NCBI GenBank assembly: GCA_963707025.1
Contig: CAVPOM010000004.1
Coordinates: 544,001-608,000 of the forward strand
Direction of reading: 5' to 3'
Length of the DNA stretch: 64,000 nucleotides
DNA from: an uncultured Verrucomicrobiae bacterium
GTDB lineage: Bacteria; Verrucomicrobiota; Verrucomicrobiia; Limisphaerales; Palsa-1400
Below the pieces are notes generated by a model. The model made no database searches. It was not told the origin of the DNA and was given only the letters and a program-made list of their open reading frames with translations. This document shows, piece by piece, positions 60,598-64,000 of this stretch (within the stretch, counting starts at the first letter, position 1; each line of letters starts with the position of its first letter). The position numbers and the translations under genes are program-made.

Positions 60598-62784
60598 GTG
60601 CAAAACGCATCCACATCACTGCCGGAGAGCCTCTCGGGGCTGATTGAGCGCGTCACGTTTTTCGACGAGGATGGCGGATTCGGCGTACTCAAGGTCAAAG
60701 CCCAGGGCCGCCGCGACTTGGTGACCGTGGTTGGCTCCCTGCCGTCCGTGAGTGCCGGGGAATGGCTTACGGCCCAGGGCCGCTGGGTTCAGGACCGGGA
60801 ATACGGGCAGCAGTTCAGAGCCGAGATGCTGACCAGCACACCGCCGACCAGCAAGGAAGGCATTGAGAAATACCTGGGCAGCGGCATGGTTAAGGGCATC
60901 GGCCCTGTTTACGCCAAGAAGCTGGTGGACAAATTTGGCGAGGGAGTTTTTGACATTATCGAGAAGGCGTCTGCCCGCCTGGAGGATGTGGACGGCATCG
61001 GCCCAAAGCGCCGGAAACGAATCAAGGAGGCGTGGGACGAGCAGAAGGTCATCCGGGACATTATGCTTTTCCTCCACTCCAACGGCGTCAGTACCAGCCG
61101 GGCCGTACGCATTTACAAGACTTATGGCGAGGGCGCCATTGAGAAGGTCCGCAACGACCCGTACCGACTGGCCAGGGACATTCACGGCATTGGTTTCAAG
61201 ACCGCCGACCAAATTGCCAGGAAGATCGGCATCCCGGTGGATTCGCTGGTCCGCGCCTGCGCCGGATTAAACCACGTTCTGTTGGAGGCCACCGGTGACG
61301 GCCACTGTGCCCTGCCGGTGGAACTGCTCAAGGACGAGGCCGGAAAGCTTCTGTTGGTGGAGGAGAAGATTGTGACGGACGCTTTGGAGCGCACGGTGGC
61401 CAGCAACGATTTGGCCAAGGAAACGATCAACGGACAGGAGTTGGTTTTCCTGCCGCATCTGAAGCGGGCGGAGGAAATTATCGCGGGCCGGATCAGGAAC
61501 CTTGCCGGCTCGCCGTCAGCGTTCCCAACAATTGACTTCGAGAAGGCAGTCGTTTGGTGTCAGCAGAAGACCGGCAAGGAGCTTGCGCCCAGCCAGCGCG
61601 AGGCGCTCAAGCTGGCCCTGTCGAGTCGCGCATTGGTCATCACGGGCGGCCCTGGCGTGGGTAAAACAACGCTCGTCAGCGCCATCCTGCTGATCCTGCG
61701 GGCAAAGAAAGTGCGGTGTCTGCTCTGTGCGCCCACGGGCCGGGCGGCCAAACGCCTGTCCGAGGCGACTGGTGTCGAGGCCAAGACAATCCACCGACTC
61801 CTCGAAGCTCAGTCCGGCACGAGCCGCTTTGGGCGAAATGAGGCCAACCCTCTTGACTGCGGATTGTTGGCAGTGGACGAAATGTCGATGGTAGATGTGG
61901 CACTCATGGCAAACCTGCTGCGCGCTCTGCCGCCAAAGGCCAGCCTGCTGCTGGTGGGCGACATCGACCAGTTGCCTTCCGTGGGGCCGGGCATGGTGTT
62001 GCGGCATTTGATCGAAAGCAAAGTCGTGCCGGTCGTGCGACTGACGGAGGTCTTCCGTCAGGCGGCAAATAGCCGGATCATTACCAACGCCCACCGAATT
62101 AATGAAGGCCGCATGCCGGAGGTTTCAGGCAATGACACCAATTCTGATTTCTATTTCATCGACCGATCAGAGCCAGGGCAGATTGCGGACACGCTGGTCG
62201 AGATAGTCAAGACGCGCATCCCTGCCAAATTCCGGCTTGACGCTATTCGGGACATTCAGGTGCTCTGCCCGATGAACCGGGGATCACTGGGCGTCCGCGA
62301 ATTGAACGTCCGTCTCCAGAATGAACTGAACCCGGCCCGCGCCGATGAGCCGGTCGTGGAGAAATTTGGCTGGCAGTTCCGTCCCCGGGACAAGGTAATC
62401 CAAACCGAGAACGATTATGACAAAGACGTGTTCAACGGCGACATCGGGCAGGTCGTGAAGATCGACCCAGTTGAACGGGAGGTCACAATCCGGTTCGACC
62501 AGCGGGAGGTGGTTTACGATTTCGGGGAACTTGATGAAGTCTCGCTGGCGTATGCGATTACAATCCACAAGTCGCAAGGATCGGAGTTCCCGGCCGTGGT
62601 CATCCCGTTGGCAACGCAGCAGTACCTTCTTTTGCAGCGCAACCTCGTTTACACGGGTATTACCCGCGGCAAAAAGCTGGTCGTGCTCATCGGTCAGCGG
62701 AAGGCGCTGGGGATGGCGGTGAAAAACAACCGGACGGAGAATCGGTTCTCTGGACTGCTGGCGCGCCTACTTACACCGGGCTAA
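60598..62784 (+). CDS. recD2: ATP-dependent RecD-like helicase (RecD2/TraA family)
   Basis: GMVKGIG HhH motif, GIGFKTAD, TGGPGVGKT, APTGRAAK, VDEMSM, GDIDQLPSVG, AITIHKSQGSE, YTGITR; 728 aa. Confidence 0.95.
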   Translation: MQNASTSLPESLSGLIERVTFFDEDGGFGVLKVKAQGRRDLVTVVGSLPSVSAGEWLTAQGRWVQDREYGQQFRAEMLTSTPPTSKEGIEKYLGSGMVKGIGPVYAKKLVDKFGEGVFDIIEKASARLEDVDGIGPKRRKRIKEAWDEQKVIRDIMLFLHSNGVSTSRAVRIYKTYGEGAIEKVRNDPYRLARDIHGIGFKTADQIARKIGIPVDSLVRACAGLNHVLLEATGDGHCALPVELLKDEAGKLLLVEEKIVTDALERTVASNDLAKETINGQELVFLPHLKRAEEIIAGRIRNLAGSPSAFPTIDFEKAVVWCQQKTGKELAPSQREALKLALSSRALVITGGPGVGKTTLVSAILLILRAKKVRCLLCAPTGRAAKRLSEATGVEAKTIHRLLEAQSGTSRFGRNEANPLDCGLLAVDEMSMVDVALMANLLRALPPKASLLLVGDIDQLPSVGPGMVLRHLIESKVVPVVRLTEVFRQAANSRIITNAHRINEGRMPEVSGNDTNSDFYFIDRSEPGQIADTLVEIVKTRIPAKFRLDAIRDIQVLCPMNRGSLGVRELNVRLQNELNPARADEPVVEKFGWQFRPRDKVIQTENDYDKDVFNGDIGQVVKIDPVEREVTIRFDQREVVYDFGELDEVSLAYAITIHKSQGSEFPAVVIPLATQQYLLLQRNLVYTGITRGKKLVVLIGQRKALGMAVKNNRTENRFSGLLARLLTPG

Positions 62785-63146
62785 TGCCCGCCAGTGACCG
62801 TGTAACCGGCACGGCGCAAATCCTCCGCCAAATCCTTTTCCATCTGGGTGGCAGCCTCATACGGCATCGGGTTTAGGTGCTCATACAATTCCGGCATAAG
62901 GCGGAGGCCGTAGCGTTTGACCACCGCGGCTGCTTTGGTTCCCGCCTTATGGTTGGCGAAACGTTCCTCCGGGGTCAGCCCTGTCATCCCAACGTAGATG
63001 CAGGGTTTCTTGGGATTGCGCTTCGGGTTTTCGGCACGAACCTTTCGGATTTTGCCGACCGCCGGCTCAAGCAGCACGACGTAAACATTATGATGGTGCT
63101 CCGGCAGTTGGTCGGCGCGGAGTCGCTTGAGCGTTCGACGCTTCAT
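62781..63146 (-). CDS. Small GIY-YIG-like nuclease-domain protein (start MKRR at 63146)
   Basis: NVYVV…IYVGMTGLTPEERFANHKAG…EKDLAEDL; ATGA overlap with the upstream ORF. Confidence 0.72.
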   Translation of the reverse strand: MKRRTLKRLRADQLPEHHHNVYVVLLEPAVGKIRKVRAENPKRNPKKPCIYVGMTGLTPEERFANHKAGTKAAAVVKRYGLRLMPELYEHLNPMPYEAATQMEKDLAEDLRRAGYTVTGGH

Positions 63147-63412
63147 TCGGCATGCATCGTGATATTTGATTCGTCGTCGCCCAACCTCACCAGCACCGAG
63201 TTGAACACCAGTCCGCATTCACAGAGCCATTGGTCCTCGGTGAAACTCCCAAGTCGGATGTCATCTGGGTCCGTGCTGCATCCATCGCATGGAGCCAGTT
63301 TCACCATTTCGCAGCCTGCGACAACGAAGATGTCTCCCACACCCTCATGCCGGAACCGCCGTTCTGGCGTCCGGTCTAAAGTGTACCGTCTTTCGTGTTC
63401 GGCGCGAAGCAT
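63143..63412 (-). CDS. Small hypothetical protein with CxxC…CxC (possible metal-binding)
   Basis: CDGC…CEC; stop overlaps the downstream ATG (ATGA); start uncertain. Confidence 0.4.
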   Translation of the reverse strand: MLRAEHERRYTLDRTPERRFRHEGVGDIFVVAGCEMVKLAPCDGCSTDPDDIRLGSFTEDQWLCECGLVFNSVLVRLGDDESNITMHAE

Positions 63413-63441
63413 CGGCGTTACATCTGCCTACATTCCAAACT

Positions 63442-63897
63442 TTACAGTCTGGTTTTCCCGGCCGCTCTGACCTTGGCCCATCTGGCGCGGGCCGCCGCTG
63501 CGAGTTTGGCCCTCACCGCCGGACTGCTGCGGCGATCCTTCTTTTTGGCAACCTTGGGTGTTGCCGTCGTGCCTTTCACCCTGGCCCATCTGGCCTTCGT
63601 GGCAGCAATAATGGCCGCCCTTCCAGCCGCACTCAATCGCCTCTTGCCCTTCTTGGCCAGCTTGGAATCCGCCTTCCCTTTAATCTTGGCCCAGCGGGCT
63701 TTCTGAGCCGCCGCCATTCTTGCCCTGACGACAGCGGACCGGCGATGCTTCCTTGGGATATCCCCGGGGAAATGGGATGGAACTTCACTGCCATCACCAG
63801 CGATCGATTCGATCTCGCCTTGGAGCGTCTCGATTTGTTCTTTAATCGCAATAATGCGGTTAAGTTGACTTGTCGTTAAATCATGGAGATTTGTCAT
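63442..63897 (-). CDS. Small, highly basic putative DNA-binding protein (coiled-coil N-terminus plus three ARWA repeats)
   Basis: N-terminal LNRIIAIKEQIETLQGEIESI, then SAVVRARMAAAQKARWAK, SAAGRAAIIAATKARWAR and SPAVRAKLAAAARARWAK. Confidence 0.8.
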   Translation of the reverse strand: MTNLHDLTTSQLNRIIAIKEQIETLQGEIESIAGDGSEVPSHFPGDIPRKHRRSAVVRARMAAAQKARWAKIKGKADSKLAKKGKRRLSAAGRAAIIAATKARWARVKGTTATPKVAKKKDRRSSPAVRAKLAAAARARWAKVRAAGKTRL

Positions 63898-64000
63898 CGG
63901 AGAGTGGTAACGCAAGTGTGGCTGTAGAATCAACCACGGAGAACTACAGTTCGATCACCATCCCCGGATCAAAGCCCTTGCACGGTTCGTTGGGGTAACC

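Larger units (their letters stand above)
46754..64000. mobile_element. Integrated genomic island (tRNA-Arg target) extending beyond the window
   Basis: The orientation of the tRNA 3' fragment places the island on its higher-coordinate side; cargo is CRISPR-Cas, RecD2 and nuclease-like genes. No integrase or intact tRNA is visible in the window. Confidence 0.62.

Overview
GC-rich bacterial window, probably Verrucomicrobia subdivision 3 (Pedosphaera-like); this is inferred from protein style and a C-terminal sorting-type motif, not from a search. Left to right: (1) a giant secreted beta-helix/Ig/FN3 surface protein of more than 5,000 aa on the minus strand (start 15105, running off the left edge and absent from the ORF track), with recent internal tandem duplications; (2) an intact IS630 element; (3) a urea-utilisation operon (porin, urtABCDE, ureD, fused ureAB, ureC, ureF, ureG; no ureE) whose urease and accessory proteins look plant/fungal-type, with a divergent LysR regulator; (4) a patchwork of gene fragments, a catalase-related peroxidase and an RND efflux triplet; (5) a small NRPS cluster (A[Leu]-T, P450, C-A[Gly]-T) with a frameshift; (6) a 3' tRNA-Arg(ACG) fragment with arm-like repeats, marking the end of an integrated element that carries a complete type I-G CRISPR-Cas system (36 repeats, 35 spacers), RecD2, a GIY-YIG-like protein and a very basic putative nucleoid protein. 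All calls come from motif recognition by eye; no database searches were run.
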